The notes under the pieces were generated by a model. It saw nothing but the letters and a program-made list of their open reading frames with translations, searched no databases and was not told the DNA's origin. The translations under genes were made by a program, and so were the position numbers. A stretch of 64,000 bases of DNA, from contig NC_058374.1 of assembly GCF_018350175.1 (NCBI RefSeq), positions 132,866,001-132,930,000 of the forward strand, in the 5' to 3' direction. Positions within the stretch are counted from its first letter, which is position 1, and every line of letters begins with the position of its first letter. The stretch comes from Felis catus. Lineage: Eukaryota. This document shows positions 1 through 13,389 of this stretch, one piece after another.

Positions 1-589
1 GCAGGCTGGGAGGTCCTGGGGCTCTGTAAATGGGTGCATTCGGGAGCAGGAGGAAGAGGGGACAGCAAGGTGGGAGGGATGTAAAGGAGCATCCAGCTGG
101 GAGGAAGCGCAGTGTCCTCAGAAGGGCTGAGCCGGAGGGATCAGAGAGCTCTGCCCGCAGGACACCCCTGCGCTGGATAGCACCCGTGGGGTAGGGCCTG
201 GAGTCTGCCGAAGCCCGGGGAGTCTTGCTTTTGGTTCCAAACCTGGCCTCGACATTCCGTCTTTCTTTTTATACTGTCGTCTTGTGGGCTGCCCGCTCAG
301 CCCTCGCCAAGGCCAAGACTCCAGTTCTCGGGGTGGGATGGGAGCCGGAGGCTGGACCGTCAAGCCGGCCTGCGAGGGGGCCTCGGGGAGGCAGAGGTTC
401 CCCATCACCCCTTCCCACTGGGACCCACAGCCCCAGCCCTCCACCGTCTCTGATAGAGTCACCCTTGTGCCCCTGCTTGGGGCTGGCTGGAGCCAGGAAG
501 GGCCCACAGGCTGCCTGGGACCAGGAAGGACTTTGAGGTCAGTTATGTCATCTCATTCCCCTCAGTTTATCTCATGGGGGCAGGGGATG

Positions 590-960
590 TATCGGTTAGA
601 TTCTAAGCTGCTGCCATTAAGAGGCCCCCAAATACAATGGTTTAAGCAAGACAAGCTTGTTTCTAGCTTAACTGTCCAGAGGGAGATGGTCCAGATCCAG
701 TAGGGCAGCTCTGCTTTTTCCCACATACACACCTTCCAGTTCTGGACAGAGCGGTGGCTTCAGCTCCCACCATCACATGTGCATCCCAGCCTGGGAGAAG
801 CAGAGAAGGGCAAGAGAAGCACATGTCCTTTCCCTTTAAGGGCATGAGCCAGCATGGCACGGTCACTTCCGATCGCATCTCACTGGCCGGGTCTTAGTCA
901 CGTGGTCACAAGCAGCTGCAAGGGAAGCTGGGAAAGGGAGTCTTCAGCCACATGCCCAGC
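590..960. mobile_element. MLT1 (MaLR) solo LTR remnant, MLT1J-like
   Basis: Motifs aatacaatggtttaagcaagacaagcttgtttct, catcacatgtgcatcccagc and tcactggccgggtcttagtcacgtggtcacaagcagctgcaagggaagctgggaa resemble the MLT1J/K consensus as recalled; the subfamily is not verified. Confidence 0.65.
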
Positions 961-3472
961 CTCAGCTTGAGAGTCCTCTTAGTAAAGGAAGGAGGAGAGC
1001 ACGGAGACCAGGAGCATCTTCGGCACAGAGGGAGGGGCATGGGGAGAGAGCGTCAGAATGACTGACACAGTCCTAGGATCCTCCTCTCAAGTTCAGAGCT
1101 CTTAGACGCACCTGCTCCTGCCCCCATTCGCTGCCAGTCCAGAGCTGGGGGGGGGGGGCAGTGAGAGCCTGCAGTTGAAGGAGGGGGGAGACACCGCCCT
1201 CCTGAGGCCCCCACAGGTGTTCACCCAGCCATGCCAGGATGCAGAGCCTGCCTGTGGAGCGGGACATGTTTGTGTGTGCGTGTGTGTATTTATGGGCATG
1301 TGTGCATGTTTGGTGTGTACTTGTGTGTGTCTGTATTGGGGTGTCCCTGTAAATAGATGCTTCTGTATGGATGTGGGGGCAGGGCCCAGGCCTCCCCTTC
1401 CCCGGGACCTGGAGCCTGTGGCCACAGCCCCTCACAGCTCCCCCAAAGTGACTGAGGCGCAAAGCCCTCGGGGAGCCTAGCAAGCAAGGCTAAAGGGGGA
1501 TGCGGGGTCTGTCTGTCTGTCTGTCTTTCAGTCCAAGGAATGAGAATCCTCCGGGCCCGAGGGCTGAACGGCTGAGAGCTCACTACCTCCCCGGCCTGTT
1601 TTGGTCCCCACCATATCCTTCCATCCCATCCCACCCAGCCTCCAGCCAGGACTGTCTCTGGGGGTCTTGTTGGGGTTTCCTGACGGGCCAGGAGGGGAGG
1701 GGGTCTCCTCTGCCTCAGCTCTGTCCAGAGAACTGTCTGGCGTGGGCGTGGTCTGGGGAGCTGGCCGCAGAGCAGCGTCCGGCCGGCAGGCATGAATCAG
1801 GTGGCAGGGCCCTATGGCCTCCAGTCTCCCACCCCAAGCAAGTCTTCAGGGTGCCCTGAGGGAAGCCCTCCCTTGGAGTTACAGCAGTCCCCCTAGTCCC
1901 TCTTGGATCTGAAAAGTGGCAAAAGAAATCAGGATGTCCCTGTGGCTCTGGGCCAACCCAGACCGGGGCCTGCCTTCCCAGCCACCTCTGCTCACCCCCT
2001 GGACAGGCAGTCTCTGGGGGCTCCTGAATCGTGCCTGAGTCCCAGCCCAGGGCCTCCCTCCTGAGGGCTTCCTCACCTCGTGCCCCTGGCACCCTCGGCT
2101 GCTATGGGCATGCCCCCTCCCCAGGCTGGCAGGGGTCCCTGGCCTCCAGTTCACCAGCTCCGGGGCAGGGGAAGGAAGAGGGGAGGAGCTCAGATCTGCC
2201 AGGACCCACCTTCCCTCTCAGACCCAGAACCCTGTTCGCGGGCACTGCCGAGTGGAGACCTGGCCATTGGGTGGAGACAGCAGCCATCAGTGGAGGGGGG
2301 GGCGGGGGGCAAGGCGTGGGGTTGAAGAGTTTCACATATACTCACATTCATACACTGGGAATTCTGGGGGGTGGGGGGTGGGGGGGTGGGCAGGGGAGCC
2401 CCGGGCCACTCCCCCAGTATGAAAGGAAACCAAACTGTGAATGTGTGAGGGCGGGCGCACTGCTGGCCCTGTTGCCATAACCAGGTGTCTTTCCCTGGGA
2501 ACCACTGGCCCTATGACCTCTAGACTCAGGAGGCTCAGCCGGCCCACAGGTCATGTCCATTCCCAGGGGCAGGTGTGGGAGAGCTTTGGGGGCAAAGGTG
2601 ACGGTTGGGGAGGGGATACAGGACTTCCCCAAGCAGAAGGCAAGGCCCTGGGAAATGTATAATTTAAGNNNNNNNNNNNNNNNNNNNNNNNNNNNNNNNN
2701 NNNNNNNNNNNNNNNNNNNNNNNNNNNNNNNNNNNNNNNNNNNNNNNNNNNNNNNNNNNNNNNNNNNNNNNNNNNNNNNNNNNNNNNNNNNNNNNNNNNN
2801 NNNNNNNNNNNNNNNNNNNNNNNNNNNNNNNNNNNNNNNNGTCCAGTTTGGGGGTGCTCTGGGTCAGGGAGGGGTGCGAGGGGGTGGCTCAGGTCTTCCT
2901 AAAAACTTCCTCGCCGCCAGCGCCGGGCCCACGGGGTGTGAGCCTCCCCACAGACGGACGGACGCTGGGCAGGAGGGGGGCGTGCCGAGCCCCGCACCGA
3001 GGAATGCACACACAGGTGCACGCACCCACGCACAACCAGGGGCGCATCCTCCCCTTCCCCACCCCCACCTGGTGGAACCAGCTGGAAGGAGGGGCGCAGA
3101 AAGACGAGGTAGGTCCAGGACTGGCCACGCCCCCCCCCCAGGGTGGACCTGTACCTCGCCGAGCGCCAGATGAAGGTTCTGGTGTCTACCCCCAAAGGAG
3201 AGCGGTTCTCAGTCCTGACCTCAGGGCGTCCGGACAAACCCTCCCGCTTCAGTGTTCTTCCCCTTTTTGNNNNNNNNNNNNNNNNNNNNNNNNNNNNNNN
3301 NNNNNNNNNNNNNNNNNNNNNNNNNNNNNNNNNNNNNNNNNNNNNNNNNNNNNNNNNNNNNNNNNNNNNNNNNNNNNNNNNNNNNNNNNNNNNNNNNNNN
3401 NNNNNNNNNNNNNNNNNNNNNNNNNNNNNNNNNNNNNNNNNNNNNNNNNNNNNNNNNNNNNNNNNNNNNNNN

Positions 3473-3560
3473 AGTAATCTACACCCAATGTGGGGCTCGA
3501 ACCTACCACCCCAAGATCAAGATTCGCAAGTTCCACCCACTAAGCCATTCAGGTGCTCCC
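3473..3560 (-). mobile_element. Can-SINE, short type, partial next to an N gap
   Basis: agtaatctacacccaatgtggggctcgaacc...ccactaagccattcaggtgctccc is the reverse complement of a SINE body and 5' end. Confidence 0.8.
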
Positions 3561-4953
3561 TGTCACAGGTTCTAAGGTCACACAGCCACTTGGTGGCAGG
3601 AGAGGGACCACACCTGGATTCCCGGCACTGGTCCTGTCGCCAGCCCTTTGGAGCACGTGAAGACGGCACTGTCTCTCCCATGGACTTGTGCTCAGATGGT
3701 GCCTGGAGCCAGGGAATGCGGGGGCCTTTCTGGAGGCTTCCATCAAGCCCATGGACGATGGTATCGTCCTCGGGAAGGAACCCTCTGGGTATTTTCCAAG
3801 GAGAGTCTCAGATGGTGAAGGCAGGCACACTTTGAACTCTGCCTCAGTCCCCCGTGGGGTGGCCTCCCTGTTAGATGGGGAGACGGAGGCTGGAGACAGG
3901 GAGGAGAGACAGAAGTGTCGGTGGCCACAGCAGGGGCTAATGATGTCCCCTGAGCAGCCACAAGGTGCGCAGGGTGTCACATGCATAACTCAGATACGTG
4001 GCCTCCAGCCGTGCTGCCAATGCCCAGGAAGGCACCTGCTGCAGGTGCTGGCGGGGTTGGGGGTGGGTGGGGAGTGTAATTCCACAGGCTTGGGGGAGAG
4101 TGGAGGAGATACAGACATCCCACCTAGCCAAAAGGGGGTGACGGTAACCCCTCTCCACTTGAGATCAAGTGTATAACCCTTAAATCATGTCCCAGAATGA
4201 ATCGTCCTCATCATAGACTTTTACAGACGTTATTTATTAAGTGCCTATTCTGTGCCAGGCTCTGGGCTAAGAGATCTCCCTCCCCATCACTCCCATTTTA
4301 CAGCTGTGGGGAGGGAGGCTTGGGTACATTAAGGCAGTGAATGCCACACGCCCCTCCCTGTGTCAGCGTCCGTGGCGGGGGGGGGGGGGGAGGAAGATGA
4401 AGGCAGGAGGCCTGAGGATGCTCGTGACGTTCCACACTGATGTTCAAACACCATCCGAGCTCCTAATCAAGCCAGGCGTGGTGCCGGGTGAGGGGACGCC
4501 GAGCGAAGGCAGTCCCTGCTGTCAAGAGGATTACGGACAGTGGGAAACACCAACAGGTAAGCGCCACGTCAGTGCGGTGAGGTGAGGGCTGGCGTGAAGT
4601 CGTCAGAGCCGAGGAAGCCGGCTGTGAGCGGCTGTGCACATCAGATACGACTGTCTTCCTCCACGGGCCATCCAGGGAGCTGGATGTACTGTTCTGGCAG
4701 GCTCCGCGGCCTTGGAGGGGACGCCTATTCTCTCCAGACGCAATCTGCTTATAAAAATGGTCCATAGAGAGCTTTACTGCATCTAGAGGACAACATAAAA
4801 GACAGGGAACTGGTTTACAACCTGTAAAGCTCCATCAGGATGGGGGAGACCAGAGCAAGCCCGATGACTGGGTAACAGCAACCACTGAAGTGCTTCTAGA
4901 GTTGCCCTCCAGCTCGGGGCTTGAGCTGTGGGCAGTTGAAACTCCCAAGCCCT

Positions 4954-5365
4954 GGGGCGCCTGGGTGGTTCAGTCCAACTTGACCTCGACTCAGGTCATG
5001 ATCTCCTGGTTTGTGGGTTTGAGCCCTACGTCGGGCTCTGTGCTGACACTGTGGAGCCTGCTTGGGATTCTCCCTCCTTCTCTCTTCCCTTCCCGCCCTC
5101 CCCATCAAAATAAGTAAATAAACTTAAAAACAAAAACAAAAACAGGGGCGCCTGGGTGGCTCAGTTGGTTAAGTGTCTGACTCTGGCTCCGGTCATGATC
5201 TTGTGGTTTGTGAGTTCGAGCCCCGTGTCCGGCTCGGTGCTGACAGCTCGGAGCCTGGAGCCTGCCTCAGATTCTGTGTCTCCCTCACTCTCTGCCCCTC
5301 CCCTACTCACAATCTGCCTCTCTCTCTCTCTCTCAAATAAATAAACATTAAAAAACAAAAACAAA
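4954..5365 (+). mobile_element. Two tandem Can-SINEs (4954-5144, 5145-5365)
   Basis: Each begins ggggcgcctgggtgg and has a (CT)n stretch and an A-rich tail; the second sits in the tail of the first. Confidence 0.93.
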
Positions 5366-5623
5366 CCCTGAAGGCCTGACATCCTGGAGCCCACTGGGAG
5401 TCCCCACCTGGGCACCCCACATCATGGAACATCCACGCATCTGTGGTTACCATTCACAGCAGTGAAAAGCCTTCCCCTGGGGCCAGCTCTCTGGCCAGCA
5501 TCCTCGACCCCTCCTGTGCTGTTCTAGTGAATTCCCAGACACTCAGTTATAGCAGGAAACTAATGCTTTTAAATTACAATAATTTTTTTAAGTTTCATTT
5601 TGTGGTTTACTCCATCAAATATT

Positions 5624-7050
5624 TACTGCTTCAACACAAACCACCCTGAAATCTAACACAACAATTGATTCGCTGACGGTTCCACAATTCGATCTAGGCT
5701 CAACTGAACGGTTCTTCTGCCTGGCAGCGCGTGGGCAGCTGCTTCAAGGATGTGCCCACCTGCTCAGGCCTGACCTGGATTATTGGTGTGACAGAGGAAG
5801 GGATAATTCACAAAAGAATGAGCCTGTCAGCCAGTCAGTGCTTATGCAGGAGACACACAGGGCTTAACACAAACAGGCCCCCTGCCTCCTGCCATAAAAA
5901 CATTGCTTGAATCCCACCTCAGGGAAGCATCACACAAATTCAAGTGGAGGGACAATCCGCCCGCAAACCTGACCTCCCTCTCGTATGCTCCTTGTTTCCT
6001 GCGTTTGTAGGAAAAGTCCGACCCTACATCGGTACCACAAACCACCTCTCGGACACCTATCCTAGACTGCTGAAAGCTACCGCGGCAAACCATCAACAGT
6101 GGCACAAGTCCTTCCACCGGGGCCCCGGCGTGTGGCCTCATTGTTCCCGTCATCTCGGCCGCCCAACGTGTTGTGTGAGCCCAGCCAAGACCAGAAGAGC
6201 TTCCCAGCCCAGTTTAACCTAAACATAAATCCAGTCTCGTGAGCTCAATTGCTTTAGCCACCGGGGGTGGTTTGTTACGCAGCCTGATTGTGGCCATAGG
6301 TGACTGACGCAGTTGGCTTTCAGTTAATGACGAAAGCCCGACCCAAACGAGGCAAGCAGCGGGGTTTATTGGCTCGCTGACATGTTAGTTTAGTAACAAG
6401 AAAGGCTTCAGGTACAGCTGGAGGTGGAGCTCACTCCCACACTGTCGTCCAGCTCTCTCTGTGGCTCGGCTCAGCTCCACTTCCCATCCTGTGTTGTCCC
6501 TATTGTCCGACAGCCTTAAAACCCTCATGCCCAGGGGCGCCTGGGTGGCGCAGTCGGTTAAGCGTCCGACTTCAGCCAGGTCACGATCTCGCGAGTTCGA
6601 GCCCCGCGTCGGGCTCTGGGCTGATGGCTCGGAGCCTGGAGCCTGTTTCCGATTCTGTGTCTCCCTCTCTCTCTGCCCCTCCCCCGTTCATGCTCTGTCT
6701 CTCTCTGTCCCAAAAATAAATAAAACGTTGAAAAAAAAATTAAAAAAAACAAAAACAAAAACAAAAAACCCTCATGCCTGCAAGATGGCTGCAGCAGCTC
6801 CAGGCCTCGTGGCATCCCATCTTGGGTACTTAGCACAGAAGAAATAGAGCTCCTCTCCCCTAAAAGTCCCGGGCCTGCAGGCCATTGACTTGGATAAAGT
6901 CATGTGATCATCCCGGGGCCAATCGGTGAGACTGGAGAGGGGCTGGGCGGGCTATGCTCATTAGCCTTCTTCGACCAGAGGAAGGAGGATGCCCAAAAGA
7001 AATGGGGGGCATCAAGGTCACCACTGGCACAACCTTAGTTGCCTCCATCA
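5624..7050. mobile_element. Cluster of nested MLT1 LTR fragments interrupted by a SINE
   Basis: MLT1-like end motif ttagccaccgggggtggtttgttacgcagc...tgactgacgca at ~6260-6310; opposite-orientation MLT1K-like motifs at 5624-5760 and 6310-7050. Confidence 0.55.
6534..6764 (+). mobile_element. Feliform Can-SINE with 14-bp TSD
   Basis: Full SINE body; aaaaccctcatgcc at 6518-6531 and 6765-6778. Confidence 0.95.
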
Positions 7051-7888
7051 GGTCTTTCACCGGCCCCTGGCCAAGTCGGTCTCCCGCATCCTCATCTGTG
7101 AAATAAAGACCTTCATGGGACAGACTCTAGAGCGGTTGTGAGGGCACTCAGAACTTGGAACAGAGCCTGGAGAATCGGGAGAGCTTCAAAAGTGGGAGCG
7201 GTCATCATCAGGACTCTGGCCGCACCCCCCATTTCCTCACGTGGTGCACCTGACACACGGGTCACGCATCCCTTCTCCACACCCCCTTCCTCAGCCGCTG
7301 TGACTTCCTCTACCTCCTTCTTGATGTTCCCTCTCGGGTGCCTTCCTGGCATCCTTTTACCCCATGCGCCCCTTCAATAAGGGGGCTCCCCAGGGCCTCA
7401 TCCTGGGCCCACTGCTCTGCCTACTGTTCTGGACTCCTGCAGAGGTAGGGCTGGCCCAGCCTCTCCAGAGTCCTCCCCAGTGAGCATCCAGCCCGTGGAT
7501 CCAACTGCTCGTTAGATGAGTCCCCAAGGTGTCAAGGTCACCTCAAACGAAAAGCAGCTCCAGAGAGCTGGGCACACAGTAGGCACTCGGTAAATGCTGG
7601 CTGCAGCGGACATTTACGGTTCCTCTTCTTGGCATCTCTTCCTACCAGAATTTCTCGATCGTGTGCTTTGGTGGGGATTGACACGGACACACGTGCACAC
7701 TCACACATGCACACACCCAGCTCCTAAGGTAGCCCTGAAAGGCTCCGCCAGTTTGTACAACCCACTGCCTGGTCAGGGCGATTACTTTAGGGATGGACGA
7801 GTGGCCCAATCCAGACTAGTGATACAGAAGAAAAAAAAACTGCTGGAAGCTTCTGGAAAAGAAGTTCTTTTCTTCAAGGATGATGGGA

Positions 7889-8085
7889 GGGGCGCCTGCG
7901 TGGCTCCGTCGGTTGAGCGTCCGACTTCGGCTCAGGTCATGTTCTCATGGTTCGTGAGTTCGAGCCCTGCATCGGGCTGGCCGCTGTCAGCACAGAGCCC
8001 GCTTCGAATCCTCTGTCCCCCTGTCCCTCTGCCTGTCCCCCTCTCTCCGCCCGTCCCCTGCTTGCGCTCTCCCCCAAATAAATAA
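7889..8085 (+). mobile_element. Can-SINE
   Basis: ggggcgcctgcgtggctccgtcggttgagcgtccgacttcggctcagg... ending aaataaataa. Confidence 0.9.
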
Positions 8086-9326
8086 CTATTTTTTTTTTTA
8101 ATTTGATGAGGAAAGGGGAAAGAGCCCTCACCACCAGAAATAAAAGGAGAGGGAGGAGCATACAGCTGATAGCACTGGCTGGTGTGTGGAACCTTCCCTA
8201 AAAGCCACACTGTTAGGACTTCTCAATTACACGAGCCAATACATTCCCTTTGTGAAAGACACTTTGAGCTGGGCTTTCTGCTATTTACAGCGGAAAACAT
8301 TCTAACTCCTCTCAAGAAAACCTTCTTCTCTGAGTTCAAGCACACTGTTCTCTTAGCCCAGAACCTTCTGCCGCCATTTTGTTTCTAACGCTTGCTCACT
8401 CTTTCAGGCTCAGGTGTCAGGTTCTCCAGGAAGCCTTTGCTAGGACGGCCCCGCCTCTACCTCCCCACACCCAGATTAGGTGCTGATCCTCTGGGCTCCC
8501 ATTATGCCTCGGACGTCTCCAGTGCTGCCCTTTCCACATGGTCTTAGGATTGCCTGCTTTTGGGTGTGGTCTCCCACGCTTGGGAGCAAACAGTTCCTAG
8601 CACGACTCAACATCTCTTTGGGGAATGAGCAACTAACAGGCGAATGCCACTAATAAGTGGAGGCACTGGGATTTGAACCCAGGACTGTCTCCTACGCTGT
8701 CCAACACCCACCAGAGACCCTGCTCCCTGAACACCCCACTCTGCCTGCCCAAGCACTGGGGTCCTGTCACATACAACCTACCATCTGAGGGCAGTAGGTG
8801 TTCTATGGCCCAAGCTTCCTCCCCTGAAGGGCCTTGCCCACGGGATTAGCTGTGGCCACGCCTCTTGGCCAAGATTTGCCACTTCCTTTGATATAACACT
8901 GGATCAGTCCCCATGCCATAATGAGAACACTCAGCATGTCCCATGCAGCGACCTTTCCGAAGACCCAGGATGCCTCGTGCCAGGCCCCAGATTGGATGCT
9001 CTGCCTTCTAGAAGTTCACATGGGACACAGCCAGGCCCTTATCCATGCGACCGCCCATCAACTAGCCAAAAATAGCTGTCTCTGCTCCCTGATCTGCTCT
9101 GCCAGCCAGCCCACTGCTGTCCAGTAATGAGACTTTTAGACTCTTTGCCATTTGGTTCTGTAAATACTGGCCAGGGTCTGGGGTGCAGGTTGGTGGTGGG
9201 AAAAAGAAACAACATTCTTGAGATTTGTAGGAGGCAGGAAACCTGACTCTGTGATTCCAGCCCATTGTGACAGGGTCCTGGGGCAGAGGCTCCAAAGGGG
9301 GTCGCTCAGTTCTAGAACGCTCTTGA

Positions 9327-9516
9327 GGGACACCTGGGTGGCTCAGTCGGTTAAGCATCCAACTTTGGCTCAGGTTGTGATCTCGCAGTTCGTGAGTTCG
9401 AGCCCTGTGCCGGCAGCTCAGAGCCTGGAGCCTGTTTCAGATTCTGTGTCTCCCTCTCTCTCTGCCCCTCCCCTGCTCTCTCTCTCTCTCTCTCAAAAAT
9501 AAACATTAAAAAAAAT
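9327..9516 (+). mobile_element. Can-SINE with degenerate TSD
   Basis: SINE body; flanks tagaacgctcttga and tagaaagttctcga. Confidence 0.9.
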
Positions 9517-9864
9517 TAGAAAGTTCTCGAAGGGTCCCCTCGATCGCCAGCATTTAAAACAACCTGATTAGGATGCTTAGAACCAATTTCATTTTTGCAA
9601 ATCAGACTCATCTCTCAGGAAGCCGCCATGCTAATGCAGTTAGGTGTGCAACCCCACTCCATGACAGTGAGTTTTTCTAGTCGGTCACCCCTCTTCCCAC
9701 CCACTGTACCCATGCCACCTCTTCTGCCAGTACTTAACCTTTCAGCTCAACCCTGCACTCGCTCACTGACTGCATGCCGTATGACAGGCCCCAAGGAAGA
9801 TACAGAAACGGAAAAGACACACTTGCTGCCCTCTAGGAGCTCAAAATCAACTTGCAAATAAGGC

Positions 9865-10051
9865 CACGGTTTCTCGACTTCGGTGCTAGTGACCTCGTGG
9901 CCAGATGATTCTGTGTTGGGGGGCCTGTCCCGATGCATTGCAGGGTGTTAGCAGCATCCCTGGCCCCTACTTACCGGATGAATCCGCTCCCCCGAGTGTG
10001 ACAACCATGCGTGTCTCCAGACATCGTTAAATGTCCCCTGGAAGCGGAATC
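9865..10051 (+). mobile_element. MER20 (hAT-Charlie) DNA transposon remnant
   Basis: gggccagatgattctgtgttgggggg...gcagcatccctggcccctac...tgtgacaacc...tgtctccagacat...aaatgtcccctgg follows the MER20 consensus as recalled. Confidence 0.8.
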
Positions 10052-10964
10052 AGGCACTTCCCATACGTTACTTCATGTAATCTACATGGTATCTAGGGGG
10101 GGTTACGCCTTACCAGCCTGCAAGGTTGTAGGCGTGGGGAGGCTAGGATCCAGGGAGATTAAGGGTATAAATTGCTGAAAGCCACACAGCTCCCCATGGG
10201 ACTTAGAGGACCAGGGCCTCCACCACCCTTCGCACGGTGCTGTGCTGCCTCCTAGTGGGAGAACCAGGCATGTCCACAACCGGCGGTGCGGGCCGGCCTT
10301 CCCTCCTTTCCTTCCTTTCTTTTACCCAACTGGACGCCAGGTGGGATTTCAGAGGGCGTATAAAGCAGACGCCGCAGAATGGAAGGATGTATATACACAT
10401 ACATGTGTGTGTATATATAATAGAATCACAGAACATTGTGAAGAGAAAGGAAAACCGAGACCAGGAAATACACAGAATGATGAAGGCCACGCGAGGGGGA
10501 CATCCGTGTGGTGAAGGCATGTGGCGCAAAGGGCGACGTGCTCTTCTCCCCCTTCGGCAGACGAGGAAAGGAAGGTTCCAGAGCCTGCACAGGACGTGGC
10601 GGAGCCCGGAAGGTGAACACCTCTGGAGCGTCTGTTCCCTACCTGGCGGGGCTGGGTGTGACTTCTGCTGGGGCCCCGTGGCGCTCACCGGATCCTGCTG
10701 AGCTGTACTGACACGGCGGGCGCGTAACAGCTCATCCCTCCTCGGGCGGCCGGCTCCCAGCCCCACTTGCGTCAGTAGTGGTGGCTGACGTTGATATCCA
10801 CCCACCAGCACGTCCCCAGTCAGGCCCCAGAGACCCCCGCACTCTGGCAGACCAGGGCCACCACCTTCCTTAGGGTCCATTCGTCCCCCTCGGAGTCACT
10901 GAGGGCAGAGGCCCACCGCGCTGCGTCAGCGGGAGGCTTTGCCGGGTGGCGTCGTCAACACTCT

Positions 10965-11115
10965 TGGAAGTCCTGAGCATGTTCTTGGTTTCAGCTCATG
11001 TCAGGATCTCACAGGTTCGTGGGATCGAGCCCCGTGTCAGGCTCTGTGCTGACAGCAGGGAGCCTGCTTGGGATTCTCTGTCTCCCTCTCTCTGCCCCTT
11101 CCCCACTCCCCCATG

Positions 11116-11155
<40 letters not shown>

Positions 11156-11395
11156 ATAATAAGAAAACATAAAAAAAAAAAGGGGGGGGGTGCCGAGGTG
11201 GCTCAGTCAGTTAAGCATCCAATTTCAGCTTTGGTCATGATCTCAGGTTCGTGGGTTCGAGCCCCGTGTTGCGCTTTGTGCTGACAGCTCGGAGCCTGGA
11301 GCCTGTTTCAGATCCTGTGTCTCTCTCTGCCCCTCCCCTGCTCGCACTCTTTCTCTCTCTCTGAAAAATAGACATTACAGAACAGTGTTAAAGAA
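10965..11395 (+). mobile_element. Two tandem Can-SINEs, with a (CT)n run at ~11118-11152
   Basis: Two SINE bodies with (CT)n and A-rich tails. Confidence 0.88.
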
Positions 11396-12808
11396 AAAGA
11401 ACAGGACCAGGCTGTCCTGGGTTTCACCAATCTGGTCCTGGGTTTCACCTCACTGATCTGAGAAGAGGGGCCTCAGGCCTGCCTGTTTCTGCCTGCTCTC
11501 CTGGCCGGTTTCCTCCTCTGACCATCCTCGGATGTGAGAATGGCTTTCCCATCACGGCGCCGTATTTAGAGAGGGTCCTCCCATCCTCCCGCCTGTACCA
11601 GCTGTGGAATTGCCGAGACACCTGGGGGAGGAAAGGCTGTTCTGCCAATCAGCCCAGCCCAAGGACATCGGCGGGTCAAGTTCTAAGACTCAAAGGACCA
11701 AGAGCATGTGCAAACATCACGACTCCTCCAAACCACACTCAGCGTCATCCCAAGCTCTGCGCAACCTCTGGAGTAGATCTTGTCTTAATTACTGTGTTGC
11801 CGTACGTCCCAGACTCTGACCTGGACATCATACCTTGCTCTCCCTTCTCCCTCTTCCAGCCTCCCCCGCCAATCCACCCTCCGGGCAGGGCCACTGCACT
11901 GCCAGCCCACACAGGCTGCTGTGCAAACTGTCCAAAGGGATTAGCTGCTCCTTAGCAGAAGAGGGGGCTGGGGAGCCCAACGCTACCAGATGTCTTAAGC
12001 ATTTAAGCAAACGCGGAAAGCTCTCATAATTTTCTGGGTCTTACAAAGCTCTTTGCGGGGCGAGAACAGTCCCGTACGTACACCTGTTTGCCCCTGGAGG
12101 AGACGGAGGCTGTAATCAGCCTGAGTGGTGCTGCCTCATCTGTAAAGTGGGTCACTGGTATCCAGTGGGTCGATGGGCAGAAAGGATGTAAAGGGACACT
12201 GGCTGAGATTCACTGAGCGACCGCCCTGGGCTGGACACTGTACTCAGCCTCCCCACCCTTCTCCTACGTTCTGAACCTCACAGAGGTGGTACACGTGGCA
12301 AGTGGGGGAGCTGGGAGCTGAGCCCTAAGCCTGCCCATCTGCCAGTCCTGGCCCCCACTCCTGCTGCCTGCCAAGGGGAGGGTATTCCGTGAATGAGCTT
12401 ACAGTCTCTGTGCCCTTCTCAACACCACCTGGCACTATGTGGGCAGCAAAGATTTCACAGGCTAATGGGGGAATCTCACTCCTGGCCAGGGATATCAGGT
12501 TTTGGTCTGGTGAATACAGGATCGATGACATCTGATGACAGCAAACTCCATCGGGAGGGAGGCGGCTCTCTCTGAGAGATTTCCAGGTCCCTGGCAGGCT
12601 CACATCCCGGCGCTTCGCTGATCCGTTACGGTTACTGCCAACTCCTCCATTACTCCAGCAGGGCGGGTAAAAGGAGTATCTGCACCCTTACTCCACCCTG
12701 GGTCCTCCCCTGGCAAGGTTGGGAGGTGGGGGGGGGGTGGGCTGGGGTGAGCTTTCCGTCTTGTCATTCAGTAGCCATTTCCCTCCCATTCAAAGCACCC
12801 AGCATTTA

Positions 12809-13389
12809 TTTTATTTTTTTTTATTTTATTTTTTTATTTTTTATTTTTTTTGTTATCTGTTTTTTTTTATATGAAATTTATTGACAAATTGGTTTCCATA
12901 CAACACCCAGTGCTCATCCCAAAAGGTGCCCTCCTCAATACCCATCACCCACCCTCTCCTCCCTCCCACCCCCCATCAACCCTCAGTTTGTTCTCAGTTT
13001 TTAAGAGTCTCTTATGCTTTGGCTCTCTCCCACTCTAACCTGTTTTTTTTTTTCCTTCCCCTACCCCATGGGTTCCTGTTAATTTCTCAGGGTCCACATA
13101 AGAGTGAAACCATATGGTATCTGTCTTTCTCTGTATGGCTTATTTCACTTAGCATCACACTCTCCAGTTCCATCCACGTTGCTACAAAAGGCCATATTTC
13201 ATTTTTTCTCATTGCCACGTAGTACTCCATTGTGTATATAAACCACAATTTCTTTATCCATTCATCAGTTGATGGACATTTAGGCTCTTTCCATAATTTG
13301 GCTATTGTTGAGAGTGCTGCTATGAACATTGGGGTACAAGTGGCCCTATGCATCAGTACTCCTGTATCCCTTGGATAAATTCCTAGCAG
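12809..13389 (-). mobile_element. Young 5'-truncated LINE-1 (carnivore/cat type): ORF2 C-terminus, 3' UTR and poly(A)
   Basis: Minus-strand ORF 13087-13353 (TCTPMFIAALSTIAKLWKEPKCPSTDEWIKK...) is the L1 ORF2 C-terminus. Poly(T) tail on the + strand at ~12809-12870. Perfect TSD TCAAAGCACCCAGCATTTA at 12790-12808 and 13390-13408. Confidence 0.97.

Noticed and set aside
1-3270. Possible MGAT3 3' UTR, expected upstream of MIEF1 by synteny
   Set aside because: No MGAT3 coding sequence or clear poly(A) signal is visible, and I cannot recognise the UTR reliably.
4564-4571. UPRE-like TGACGTGG on the minus strand
   Set aside because: A single 8-mer without promoter context is expected by chance.
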